Part shown: piece after piece, positions 1 to 8,102 of the stretch
Layout of the letters: each line of letters starts with the position of its first letter
How positions within the stretch are numbered: the first letter of the stretch is position 1
Source: Corynebacterium amycolatum
GTDB taxonomy: Bacteria; Actinomycetota; Actinomycetes; Mycobacteriales; Mycobacteriaceae
Strand: one strand, 5' to 3'
NCBI RefSeq assembly: GCF_049243625.1
Contig: NZ_CP046975.1
DNA length: 32,000 bases
Notes under the pieces: generated by a model
The model's input: only the letters and a program-made list of their open reading frames with translations
Database searches by the model: none
Told to the model about the DNA's origin: nothing
Translations under genes and position numbers: made by a program

Positions 1-1
1 G

Positions 2-2221
2 GTCATGGTGCAGCCACCGCGCGGTTTCGGTGACAACCCGGTGGGTATCTACCACGATCCAGACCTACCGCCGACGCATCACTACCTGGCTTGCTACCGC
101 TTCCTGTCGCTGCCGCAGTCGGAGGGCGGTTTCGGCGCCGATGCCGTGGTTCACATGGGCAAGCACGGCAACCTGGAGTGGCTGCCGGGCAAGACCGTCG
201 GTCTTTCCGCCTCCTGTGGCCCGGATGCTGCCATCGGTGAGCTGCCGATGATTTACCCCTTCCTGGTCAACGACCCGGGCGAGGGCACACAGGCCAAGCG
301 TCGTGCTCACGCCACGCTTGTCGACCACCTCATTCCGCCGATGGCCCGCGCCGAATCTTACGGCGACATCACCCGTCTGGAGCAGCTTCTCGACGAGCAC
401 CAGAACATCTCCGCCATGGACCCAGCCAAGCTGCCGGCTATCCGCCAGGAGATTTGGACGCTGCTGACCGCCGCGAAGATGGACCGCGACCTCGGTTGGG
501 ACGAGCGTCCGGACGAGGAGGTCTTCGATGACATGCTCATGCATGTCGACGGCTGGCTCTGCGAGATTAAGGACGTCGCCATCCGCGGTGGCCTCCACGT
601 ACTCAGCCAGGCACCGGAAGACGAATCCCTGATCGGCACTGTGACCACCATGCTGCGCGCCCGCCAGCTGTGGGGAGGCAAGCAGACGCTGCCGGGCCTG
701 CGCGAAGCTCTCGGCCTGGCCGAGGACGGCACCGACGAGCGCCACACTGTGGACTCCATCGATGCACTGGCTACGGCGTTGGTAACCGCCGTGGTGAAGA
801 ATCCTGACCAACCAGTGGCACAGATCGCGGCTGATGTTCTCGGCTCCGAGGAATTTGCCGATATCGCGGTACCGAACGGCCTCGATCAGGTTGTCGAGCT
901 GCTGCAGTTCACCCGCGACGAAATTCTCCCGCGCCTGGCCGCTACCAGCGAGGAGATTCCGCGCATTCTTTCAGCCTTGGACGGCGAGTTCGTTCCGGCT
1001 GGCCCCTCCGGCTCGCCGTTGCGCGGTCTGGTCAACGTACTGCCGACTGCCCGCAACTTCTACTCGGTAGACCCCAAGGCGGTGCCGTCGCGCCTGGCTT
1101 GGGAAACCGGTGTCAACCTCGCCGATGGCCTGATCGAGCGCTACCGCGCCGACCACGGCGAGTATCCCAAGTCGGTTGGCCTGTCGGTGTGGGGCACTTC
1201 CGCCATGCGTACTTCTGGCGATGACATCGCCGAGGTGCTCGCGCTGATTGGTGTGCATCCGGTGTGGGATGACGCATCTCGCCGTATCGTCGGCCTTGAG
1301 CCAATTCCGCTGGAGGAACTGGGGCGTCCGCGCATTGACGTGACCGTCCGCATTTCCGGTTTCTTCCGTGATGCGTTTCCGCATGTTATTGACCTTTTGG
1401 ATGATGCGTTTCAGCTCGTCGTCAAGCTTGATGAATCCGATGAGGACAACTACGTGCGCGCACATGCGAAGGCCGACCAGCAGGAGCGTCCGCGCCGTAT
1501 CTTCGGTTCCAAGCCGGGCACCTATGGAGCTGGTTTGCTGCAGCTGATCGATTCCGGTTCCTGGCGCGATGACGCGGATCTGGCGAAGGTTTACACGACC
1601 TGGGGCGGCTACGCCTATGGTCGCGGCGTCGATGGGGAAGAGGCTGCTGACGATATGAAGACGGCCTACCGCCGTATTCAGGTTGCCGCGAAGAATGCCG
1701 ATACCCGTGAGCACGACATCGCCGACTCCGATGACTACTTCCAGTTCCACGGCGGTATGATCGCCACGGTCCGTGCGCTGACGGGTTCCGCTCCAGAGGC
1801 GTATGTGGGCGATTCCACGCGTCCGGACGCCGTGCGCACCCGCACCCTGCACGAGGAAACGCGACGTGTCTTCCGAGCCCGCGTAGTCAACCCACGCTGG
1901 ATGCAAGCCATGCGTAACCACGGCTACAAGGGTGCCTTCGAAATGGCGGCAACGGTCGATTACCTCTTCGGTTACGACGCGACGGCACAGGTCATGGATG
2001 ACTGGATGTACGAAACGCTTACCGACGAATACGTTGCGAACCCGGAAAACCGCGAGTTCTTTGAACAGTCGAATCCGTGGGCTCTGCACGATATTTCCGA
2101 ACGCCTGATGGAGGCCGCCGAGCGCGGTATGTGGGAAAACCCCGACCAGGAACGCATGGATTTGCTGCGCCAGACCTACCTGGATACAGAGGGCGACTTA
2201 GAGGAGCGAGCTGACCGGTAG
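2..2221 (+). CDS. cobN: Cobaltochelatase subunit CobN, C-terminal ~740 aa; the N-terminus lies upstream of the window
   Basis: The frame is open from base 2. The translation carries CobN/Mg-chelatase-H family signatures (HMGKHGNLEWLPGK, NDPGEGTQAKRR, VWGTSAMRTSGDDIAE, RISGFFRDAFP, HDIADSDDYFQFHGG, RVVNPRWMQAMRNHGYKGAFE). Stop codon at 2219-2221. Confidence 0.9.
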   Translation, partial: VMVQPPRGFGDNPVGIYHDPDLPPTHHYLACYRFLSLPQSEGGFGADAVVHMGKHGNLEWLPGKTVGLSASCGPDAAIGELPMIYPFLVNDPGEGTQAKRRAHATLVDHLIPPMARAESYGDITRLEQLLDEHQNISAMDPAKLPAIRQEIWTLLTAAKMDRDLGWDERPDEEVFDDMLMHVDGWLCEIKDVAIRGGLHVLSQAPEDESLIGTVTTMLRARQLWGGKQTLPGLREALGLAEDGTDERHTVDSIDALATALVTAVVKNPDQPVAQIAADVLGSEEFADIAVPNGLDQVVELLQFTRDEILPRLAATSEEIPRILSALDGEFVPAGPSGSPLRGLVNVLPTARNFYSVDPKAVPSRLAWETGVNLADGLIERYRADHGEYPKSVGLSVWGTSAMRTSGDDIAEVLALIGVHPVWDDASRRIVGLEPIPLEELGRPRIDVTVRISGFFRDAFPHVIDLLDDAFQLVVKLDESDEDNYVRAHAKADQQERPRRIFGSKPGTYGAGLLQLIDSGSWRDDADLAKVYTTWGGYAYGRGVDGEEAADDMKTAYRRIQVAAKNADTREHDIADSDDYFQFHGGMIATVRALTGSAPEAYVGDSTRPDAVRTRTLHEETRRVFRARVVNPRWMQAMRNHGYKGAFEMAATVDYLFGYDATAQVMDDWMYETLTDEYVANPENREFFEQSNPWALHDISERLMEAAERGMWENPDQERMDLLRQTYLDTEGDLEERADR

Positions 2222-2258
2222 GCGAGCGCTAGTCGTCATCTAACTTGCCGCTACAGCC

Positions 2259-2267
2259 TGCTAGAAT
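2259..2267 (+). promoter_or_regulatory. Candidate extended -10 promoter element (TGcTAGAAT) for fxsA
   Basis: Sequence cctGcTAGAATacg lies 67 nt upstream of the fxsA ATG. It matches the actinobacterial TGnTAnAAT pattern. No clear -35 element. Pattern match only. Confidence 0.3.
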
Positions 2268-2333
2268 ACGACAAGAGAACCGGCCGATAGCCCTAACCAC
2301 TTGCTCATCTAGTGGCGGTTACACTGGGGAACT

Positions 2334-2954
2334 ATGAGCAAGTGGTTCACAATTATTTACCTCATTGCCGAGATTGCGGCCTTTATCGCACTCGGTGAAT
2401 GGATTGGCTACGGCTGGACCGTCCTATTGGTTTTGGGCCTGTTCATTGTGGGGTTGGTCTTCGCCGCTATCGAGTTCAAGCGCATCTACCAGAAGTTGCT
2501 GCTGGATACTTCTCGTACTCTTACCGAGTACGGACAGAAGCATCCGGAGGAGGCAATCAAGCGCTCGGCAAAGGGCGCGGGACACTTTGTGGCTGACTCT
2601 GCAATTCTGTTGGTTGGCTCGTGGCTGATTGCCCTGCCGGGCGTCGTCACCACCGTTGTTGGTTTCCTCATGGTGCTACCGCCGACTCGCTGGCTGATTC
2701 GTAAGAGCGGATCGGTGGCGCTGCTCAACGGACTCCGCAACTTCAGTGACCGCAGCATGATGGTGGTCTCTCAGTACGGCATGAACCCAGGTACTCCAGG
2801 AGCTGGCGCTGGTGCTGGCGGCTTTTCGGGGTTCCCTGGATTCTCTGGTGGTTTCCCGGGCGCGGATGGCAAGAGCTTCCCACAGGATAAAATCGTGCCA
2901 CCGGCGCCGGACAACGCCTGGGATCATGACCAGGACGACAGCGACAAGCGCTAA
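2334..2954 (+). CDS. fxsA: FxsA family cytoplasmic membrane protein with a Gly/Pro/Phe-rich low-complexity C-terminal tail
   Basis: N-terminus MSKWFTIIYLIAEIAAFIALGEWIGYGWTVLLVLGLFIVG with several predicted TM helices is typical of FxsA (UPF0716). GGGGA lies upstream of the ATG. Position between cobN and lnt/ppm1 matches the mycobacterial fxsA neighbourhood. Confidence 0.8.
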   Translation: MSKWFTIIYLIAEIAAFIALGEWIGYGWTVLLVLGLFIVGLVFAAIEFKRIYQKLLLDTSRTLTEYGQKHPEEAIKRSAKGAGHFVADSAILLVGSWLIALPGVVTTVVGFLMVLPPTRWLIRKSGSVALLNGLRNFSDRSMMVVSQYGMNPGTPGAGAGAGGFSGFPGFSGGFPGADGKSFPQDKIVPPAPDNAWDHDQDDSDKR

Positions 2955-2992
2955 CTCGAATACTCGCGGACGTAGAGAGTTCTTTTATACAA

Positions 2993-4681
2993 GTGCACAC
3001 TAACCGTCAAGCGCGCTCCAGCGAGCACGGGGACTTTGCTCCGAAAGACGCTTCGAAAGACACTCCGGAGAATCCGAGTCGCTGGCAGGCGCGCTTTCGC
3101 GCGCTTACCCCACTAAAGCAGCGCCTCCTTCTCGCCTTCATTGCAATCCTCGCTGGTGGATTGCAATTCTTAAGCTACGCACCCCTGAGCTGGTGGTGGA
3201 CCGCCTGGGTCGGCCTCGCCCTGCTCATTTTTGCCTTCTTCTGCGCAGCCGATTGGAAATCCAGCGTAGTGGGGGGCTTCAGCTGGGCAACAGCGACGGC
3301 GCTTTTCTCACTGCCGTGGATCGGCTCCTTCGTCGGTATTGGCCCCTACGTGGCGCTCTCAATTGTGCTGGGTCTCCTCACAATTCCGGCGGCGCTTGCG
3401 ATGTGGCTGATTGCCCAATCCAGTTTCCCCCTCGCGCTGAAGCTCCCTGGCATGGCCGCTGCGCTCGTGGCAGGGGAGGCGCTGCTGGCCCGCTGGCCTT
3501 TCGGAGGCTTCCCCTGGCTCCGCGTTGCCTGGGGGCAAGTCGACGGCCCGCTGGCCCCAGCAGTGGCAATCGGCAGCACTGCATTGGTCACTTTCCTCGC
3601 TGCTTGCGTTGGTGCGGGACTGGTCGCGCTCACGCTACGTTCCTACGCAACCTCCGCTGCGCTTTTGGTGGGGGCGTTAATCGTCGGCTGGGCTCTTCCT
3701 GCGTGGACCCAACCACTGCCTGAACCTACGGCCGCTGACAACGCCCGTGTCGCGGTTATCCAGGGCAATGTTCCTCGCCTCGGTTTGGAGTTCAATGCCC
3801 AGCGCCGCGCAGTACTGCAGAACCACGCCGATGCCACCAATGAACTGGCACGACGTGTCCACCAAGGTAAGGAACAGCAGCCGGACATCGTCATCTGGCC
3901 TGAAAACTCCTCCGATGTCAGCCCGTTTACGGATGGGGAAGCGGCACGCATTATCGAAAACGCCGCGATGAATATTGGCGCCCCCATCGTGGTCGGCACC
4001 TTTACCTACACCAATGGGGTGCAAAACACCATGGTGGTCTGGGACCCAAAGACCGGCCCCGGCGACCAGCACGAGAAAATCTATCTCCAGCCCTTCGGCG
4101 AGACCATGCCATTCCGCGAACTACTCCGTCACTTTTCCGACATGGTCGATCACGCCGGAGACATGACCCCGGGCAACGGCGATGCTGTGGTCACAACACC
4201 TGGCACCGATGGTTTAAAAAAGGTCAACCTGGGCCTGGCCACCTGCTACGAAGTGGTCTTCGACGGTGCCTTCCGCAACGCGGTCAACCACGGCGCAACT
4301 ATGCTTGCCACGCCCACGAATAACGCCACCTTCGGTTTCACCGATATGACTTACCAACAGCTGGCCATGAGCCGCATGCGAGCCATGGAGTTCCAACGCT
4401 CCACGGCCATCGCCGCAACCAGCGGTGTGAGCGCTATTGTGGATGCGCACGGAGACGTCGTAAAGCAAAGCAAAATCTTCGAACAGAAAGTGCTCACCGA
4501 GACTTTGCCTCAGTACTCCCACCTGACTTTTGCAGCCCGCTTCGGGACGTGGATTGAAGGTCTACTGACTGCATTCGGTATTCTTTGTGTGGTTGGTGCC
4601 GTCCTGCGTCGCCGTGGCGGAGATGCCAGGGCAGGCGCAGATGAAGTTGATGGCCGGGATACTGAGCAGAATATGCACTAA
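2993..4681 (+). CDS. lnt: Apolipoprotein N-acyltransferase (Lnt, called Ppm2 in corynebacteria)
   Basis: GTG start. A multi-TM N-terminal half is followed by a CN-hydrolase domain (VAVIQGN, IVIWPENS, EKIYLQPFGE, LGLATCYEVVF catalytic Cys context, TNNATFG). It sits 12 nt upstream of ppm1, as in the ppm2-ppm1 operon known from C. glutamicum. Confidence 0.85.
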   Translation: MHTNRQARSSEHGDFAPKDASKDTPENPSRWQARFRALTPLKQRLLLAFIAILAGGLQFLSYAPLSWWWTAWVGLALLIFAFFCAADWKSSVVGGFSWATATALFSLPWIGSFVGIGPYVALSIVLGLLTIPAALAMWLIAQSSFPLALKLPGMAAALVAGEALLARWPFGGFPWLRVAWGQVDGPLAPAVAIGSTALVTFLAACVGAGLVALTLRSYATSAALLVGALIVGWALPAWTQPLPEPTAADNARVAVIQGNVPRLGLEFNAQRRAVLQNHADATNELARRVHQGKEQQPDIVIWPENSSDVSPFTDGEAARIIENAAMNIGAPIVVGTFTYTNGVQNTMVVWDPKTGPGDQHEKIYLQPFGETMPFRELLRHFSDMVDHAGDMTPGNGDAVVTTPGTDGLKKVNLGLATCYEVVFDGAFRNAVNHGATMLATPTNNATFGFTDMTYQQLAMSRMRAMEFQRSTAIAATSGVSAIVDAHGDVVKQSKIFEQKVLTETLPQYSHLTFAARFGTWIEGLLTAFGILCVVGAVLRRRGGDARAGADEVDGRDTEQNMH

Positions 4682-4693
4682 GGAGAATCACGA

Positions 4694-5509
4694 GTGACTG
4701 CCCTAAATGAGTCGACGCTGGTTGTCATTCCCACTTTCAACGAGCGGGAAAACCTGCCGGGCGTGATTGCACGCCTGCGCGCAGCGGAGCCGAGCGTCGA
4801 CATTTTGGTTGTCGATGACTCTTCACCAGACGGCACCGGAGAGCTCGCCGATGAAATCGCTGCCGCTGACAAGGCGGACAACAACGGGAAAGAGCACATC
4901 TACGTCCTGCACCGCGAGGGCAAGGGCGGTCTCTGGGGTGCGTACCGCGCGGGCTTCGCTTGGGGTCTCGAGCGCGACTACGAGGTTCTCTGCGAGATGG
5001 ATGCCGACGGCTCCCACGCACCAGAGCAGTTCCATCTGCTGCTGGAGAAGCTCGAGGACGGCGCCGATGTCGTCATCGGCTCCCGCTACATTCCGGGAGG
5101 CAAGACCGTCAACTGGCCAATGAGCCGTCAGGTTCTCTCCCGCGGCGGCAACTTCTACATCTCGCTGGCGCTCGGCGCAGGCATCTCGGATATCACCGCT
5201 GGCTACCGTGCTTATCGACGGGAAGTTCTCGAGACCCTCGATCTCGAGAACATTGGCAAGGCTGCGTACCTGTTCCAGACCGAGCTCGCCTTTGAGGCTG
5301 TGCAGGCGGGCTTCCTGGTGGAAGAGGTTCCGATCACCTTTACTGAGCGCGAGTACGGCGAGTCCAAGATGGATGGCAGCTTTGTGAAGCAGTCTCTGCT
5401 GCAGGTCACCAAGTGGGGATTCAAGCACCGCTCACAGCAGGTAAAAAACCTGGGATCTGAGATTGGTCGCCTGGCTGGTCACGAGTTTAAGCAGCGATTC
5501 CGCAAGTAG
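4694..5509 (+). CDS. ppm1: Polyprenol monophosphomannose synthase (GT2 family, dolichol-phosphate mannosyltransferase-like)
   Basis: GTG start preceded by AAGGAGAA. GT2 motifs are present: [42 protein letters not shown]. Confidence 0.9.
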   Translation: MTALNESTLVVIPTFNERENLPGVIARLRAAEPSVDILVVDDSSPDGTGELADEIAAADKADNNGKEHIYVLHREGKGGLWGAYRAGFAWGLERDYEVLCEMDADGSHAPEQFHLLLEKLEDGADVVIGSRYIPGGKTVNWPMSRQVLSRGGNFYISLALGAGISDITAGYRAYRREVLETLDLENIGKAAYLFQTELAFEAVQAGFLVEEVPITFTEREYGESKMDGSFVKQSLLQVTKWGFKHRSQQVKNLGSEIGRLAGHEFKQRFRK

Positions 5510-5543
5510 GGCAACCCCCAAAGATTGCGACCACAAAAATTGC

Positions 5544-5619
5544 GGGCTGCATGTATGAATACGGGCTGCATGTACGAATGCAGGCTGCCTGTATGACTGC
5601 AGGCTGCAAATGTGAAACT
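5544..5619. repeat. Tandem repeat, 4 units of 19 bp (degenerate)
   Basis: Units are GGGCTGCATGTATGAATAC / GGGCTGCATGTACGAATGC / AGGCTGCCTGTATGACTGC / AGGCTGCAAATGTGAAACT. The (G/A)GGCTGC core recurs at 5544, 5563, 5582 and 5601, an exact 19-nt period. Confidence 0.9.
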
Positions 5620-5681
5620 GACTTAGTTTATGACAGTTTCAGGCCATTTTTCAGGCCATTTTTGTCATAAACGCAGTCAGT
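5617..5681. repeat. Composite element: 19-nt inverted repeat arms (17/19 complementary) enclosing a 2 x 12-bp direct repeat
   Basis: Left arm is ACTGACttaGTTTATGACA (5617-5635). Right arm is TGTCATAAACgcaGTCAGT (5663-5681). Between them TTCAGGCCATTT occurs twice in tandem (5638-5649 and 5650-5661). Confidence 0.85.
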
Positions 5682-5715
5682 AACTCGGCTCGGCCCGCCG
5701 CAGCCAGCCACCAAC

Positions 5716-5757
5716 GAAAAACGGGCCCGAATAAGGAGCAAAACCTTATCCGGACCC
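5716..5757 (-). terminator. Rho-independent terminator downstream of rbpA
   Basis: The minus strand reads GGGTCCGGATAAGG-TTTTGCT-CCTTATTCGGGCCC followed by GTTTTTCG. This gives a 14-bp stem (two G-U pairs on the minus-strand RNA), a 7-nt loop and a U-run, about 60 nt after the rbpA stop. Confidence 0.7.
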
Positions 5758-5819
5758 GAATTTCAGTGTTTGATCGACGGCCACAAAGCTCTAAAGTTCG
5801 AACCTAACCAGCTCAAACC

Positions 5820-6209
5820 TTAAGCGTTCTTCTCTGCCTCTTCGGCTTCCTTCTGAGCCTTCAGCAGGCGAGCGGCGTTACGACGACGCTTGCGCAGCAA
5901 GTCAACGCGCTCATCCAACAGCACATCGAGCTCCTCAATGGAGCGGCGCTCACGGAGCATGTCCCAGTGAGTCCTCGGCGGCTTCACCGGCTTAGCTTCG
6001 GTGCCTTCGCCTTCAACCAGCTCACCAATCTGGCCATTCTTGCACAGCCATTCACCTGGAATTTCCGCGTCATCCGCGAATGGGACCTCGAAGATCTCAC
6101 CGGATTCAGTGCGGTAGCGGACCATCATTCGCGGCGCGAGGTCATGATCGCGATCGGTCTCATACGAAACGGCGCCCATGCGACTGCCACGAAGAACTCG
6201 ATCTGCCAT
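5820..6209 (-). CDS. rbpA: RNA polymerase-binding protein RbpA
   Basis: Translation MADRVLRGSRMGAVSYETDRDHDLAPR...YRTESGEIFEVPFADDAEIPGEWLCKNG...PRTHWDMLRERRSIEELDVLLDERV matches the RbpA core, basic linker and sigma-interaction region. I chose the internal ATG at 6209 (AAAGGGGG 8-10 nt upstream) rather than the longest ORF start at 6248. Confidence 0.9.
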   Translation of the reverse strand: MADRVLRGSRMGAVSYETDRDHDLAPRMMVRYRTESGEIFEVPFADDAEIPGEWLCKNGQIGELVEGEGTEAKPVKPPRTHWDMLRERRSIEELDVLLDERVDLLRKRRRNAARLLKAQKEAEEAEKNA

Positions 6210-6248
6210 GTGGAACGTGCCCCCTTTGGTAGAAATACTAGACCACAC

Positions 6249-6254
6249 ATTATA
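6249..6254 (-). promoter_or_regulatory. Candidate -10 hexamer (TATAAT on the minus strand) for rbpA
   Basis: The minus strand reads aaggcgtTATAATgtgtgg about 40 nt upstream of the rbpA ATG. Perfect consensus hexamer. No obvious -35. Confidence 0.35.
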
Positions 6255-6281
6255 ACGCCTTAGTCAGCATTCATGCCATAA

Positions 6282-6680
6282 TTGACTTCTGTGTCAGATC
6301 AAAAGCCGAGCACAACTATCGCCAATTGCCAGTGGTGTGGCCGCGAAATGGAGGTCGCCATCCGCGGTCGCCGGCGCAAATTCTGCAGCCAAGCCTGCCG
6401 GCAGCGCGCGTATGAAAAACGCACCGGCGTAGCAAAAGGCGCCTCCAGGCCGATTGCCGAACGAATCAATTCGGATCTCACGCTGAAGACCGCCGATGCC
6501 ACGAGTAGGCCGGCGGGCGGTGACGTCGTAAAGCGAATAGGGGACGGGCTCTTCGAAGTACGTTGTCTCGCCGAAGACTTGCGCACCGCGCTTGACGACG
6601 ACATGGAGACCGCCGTCCTACAGGAGATTACGCAGGAATTGATTATGAAAACGCGTGAGGTGGAACGGTTTATCCCATAG
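6282..6680 (+). CDS. Hypothetical zinc-ribbon protein (CxxC...CSxxCR motif), divergent from rbpA
   Basis: The N-terminal Cys4 pattern CQWCGREMEVAIRGRRRKFCSQACRQRAYEKR is followed by a predicted helical C-terminal half. Start is uncertain (TTG 6282 or GTG 6291). CATAAT at 6277-6282 would fit a leaderless transcript starting near the GTG at 6291. Confidence 0.55.
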   Translation: MTSVSDQKPSTTIANCQWCGREMEVAIRGRRRKFCSQACRQRAYEKRTGVAKGASRPIAERINSDLTLKTADATSRPAGGDVVKRIGDGLFEVRCLAEDLRTALDDDMETAVLQEITQELIMKTREVERFIP

Positions 6681-6697
6681 CGGATTAAAAGGATAGG

Positions 6698-7408
6698 ATG
6701 AGCACTATGAATTCTGGTGTCCGTAAATCAATTATTACTTTGATAGCCGTTGCAGTTGTTGCGCTCGCAATTGTTATTGTGGGACCAGTTTTGTATCGCG
6801 TTTTCACGCATGAAGGGGTGCGTACTGGGGATTTCGAGGCTAACGAGCTGCCTGCAGCAACGACTGACGCGAATGGCACCTGGAAGATTGTCGGTGGCGA
6901 TAACTCACAGAACACCTCCGTTGGCTTTACTTTTAACGAGGTGCTGCCAGGCAGTAGGCGGACGACGTCCGGTTCCACCCACGAAGTCACTGGCGAGCTG
7001 AAGGTTGCTAACGACAACCTTGAGGACGCATCCATTGTTGTTGACATGGCAACTCTGACTAGCGATATTGAACGTCGTGACATCAATGTCCGCAACAATA
7101 TTTTCAGCGTTGAGCAGTACCCAGAAGCTAAGTTTGAGCTTGCAGAGCCGCTCGATATTTCAAGCATTCCAGATAACGGCCAATGGGCAAATATCGAGAT
7201 TCCGGGACGCCTGACCATTCGCGGTGTCACCAATGATGTCACCGTGCCAATGAAGGCCGCTCGTACCGAAAACCTGGTTTTGCTGTCGGGCACCTTGCCA
7301 ATCAACCGCCTGGATTACAACGTGCGCCTGCCACAGTTTGTAGCTGCATCCATCGAGGAGAACGGCGAACTCAATCTACGCATTGTCGCGGAGAAGCAGG
7401 ACGCGTAG
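6698..7408 (+). CDS. YceI family (polyisoprenoid-binding-like) protein with an N-terminal membrane anchor
   Basis: N-terminal TM helix (IITLIAVAVVALAIVIVGPVLY) followed by YceI-like motifs: GTWKIV, VGFTFNEVL, THEVTGEL, ATLTSDIERRDINVRNNIF, YPEAKFEL, GRLTIRGVTNDVTVP. AGGATAGGA lies upstream of the ATG. Confidence 0.8.
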   Translation: MSTMNSGVRKSIITLIAVAVVALAIVIVGPVLYRVFTHEGVRTGDFEANELPAATTDANGTWKIVGGDNSQNTSVGFTFNEVLPGSRRTTSGSTHEVTGELKVANDNLEDASIVVDMATLTSDIERRDINVRNNIFSVEQYPEAKFELAEPLDISSIPDNGQWANIEIPGRLTIRGVTNDVTVPMKAARTENLVLLSGTLPINRLDYNVRLPQFVAASIEENGELNLRIVAEKQDA

Positions 7409-7590
7409 GTTTCGGCTAGCAGGCACGGCCATCTAAAGATGGATCGCACGAGAACGAATCTAAAAGAGGCTTCTAGCCAGCAAAAATATGCCCCGTTTCG
7501 TCACTGTGACGTAATAAATCCATTTAGTCCACACACCGCAGAGGTCCCGCCAAAAACAATTTTGATAGGCCAGTTGGGAGCCACAACGAT

Positions 7591-7809
7591 ATGAACACCT
7601 ACGAAGCAATGTTGCTCGCACGAAAGGTGCGAATGGTGCTACTGATTATCTTCATTGCATTCGTGGCCTACAAGGGCGTGTGGTGGCTCGTGGCTGTTGG
7701 CATATTTCTGATTGGCATGACGCTGTGGCAGAACAAGCGACTGCGGGAAGAGATTGCCGTCCGCAACGCGGATGAGCTTGTAGCAGACACCAAGACCAAT
7801 GAACAATAA
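7591..7809 (+). CDS. Hypothetical small membrane protein (72 aa, two predicted TM helices)
   Basis: ATG with GGGAG about 12 nt upstream. Two hydrophobic stretches (VRMVLLIIFIAFVAY and WWLVAVGIFLIGMTLW). No recognisable family. Supported only by ORF and hydrophobicity pattern. Confidence 0.4.
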   Translation: MNTYEAMLLARKVRMVLLIIFIAFVAYKGVWWLVAVGIFLIGMTLWQNKRLREEIAVRNADELVADTKTNEQ

Positions 7810-8079
7810 GCCCGACAGCATGGATCAAGCGCCAAGGTAGAACGGGGCGGAAAACGTGGCAGCCCTAGAAATTCAGAAACCTCCAGACCTAACCACTGTC
7901 AATATTTGTCCGATAATATACATTATGACATTTTGGCCTTAGGGGCTTACTCTCCCCATTACCGCCGATGCGCCATTGTCGTCAGGCCTAACCAGCCAGC
8001 CAGTCAGTCAGACTGTCCCGCCAACCCGCACCGCCATGCCCACTCAGCAAAGAATTGATTTTCGCTACACGGCTATTCA

Positions 8080-8099
8080 GGAATTTTTAGTAAAATTCC
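8080..8099. promoter_or_regulatory. Perfect 20-bp palindrome GGAATTTT-TAGT-AAAATTCC overlapping a -10-like TAAAAT hexamer
   Basis: Arms 8080-8087 and 8092-8099 are exact reverse complements. TAAAAT at 8091-8096 sits 6 nt before the ATG at 8103. Candidate operator and promoter in the leader of CNNM module A. Confidence 0.4.
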
Positions 8100-8102
8100 C
8101 TC

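Noticed and set aside
5551-5670. A 39-codon ORF (MYEYGLHVRMQAACMTAGCKCETDLVYDSFRPFFRPFLS) running through the 19-bp tandem repeat and the hairpin.
   Set aside because: There is no SD or -10-like element before the ATG. The 19-bp period is out of frame, so the repeat is not conserved at the peptide level. The ORF is most simply a by-product of the repeats.
5796-5804. GTTCGAACC, a T-loop-like sequence, suggesting a possible tRNA near the rbpA 3' end.
   Set aside because: No acceptor stem, D-arm or anticodon arm can be drawn from the flanking sequence.
6210-6248. Longest-ORF N-terminal extension of rbpA. The same issue arises for ndh (15231-15320), the Lrp-domain gene (11442-11510) and the thioesterase (17426-17662).
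   Set aside because: For rbpA, ndh and the Lrp-domain gene, an internal ATG has a good SD and matches the expected family N-terminus. The thioesterase has no good SD at any candidate start, and its extension is rejected because it would overlap gnd and the divergent promoter region. All the extensions encode Arg-rich, atypical sequence.
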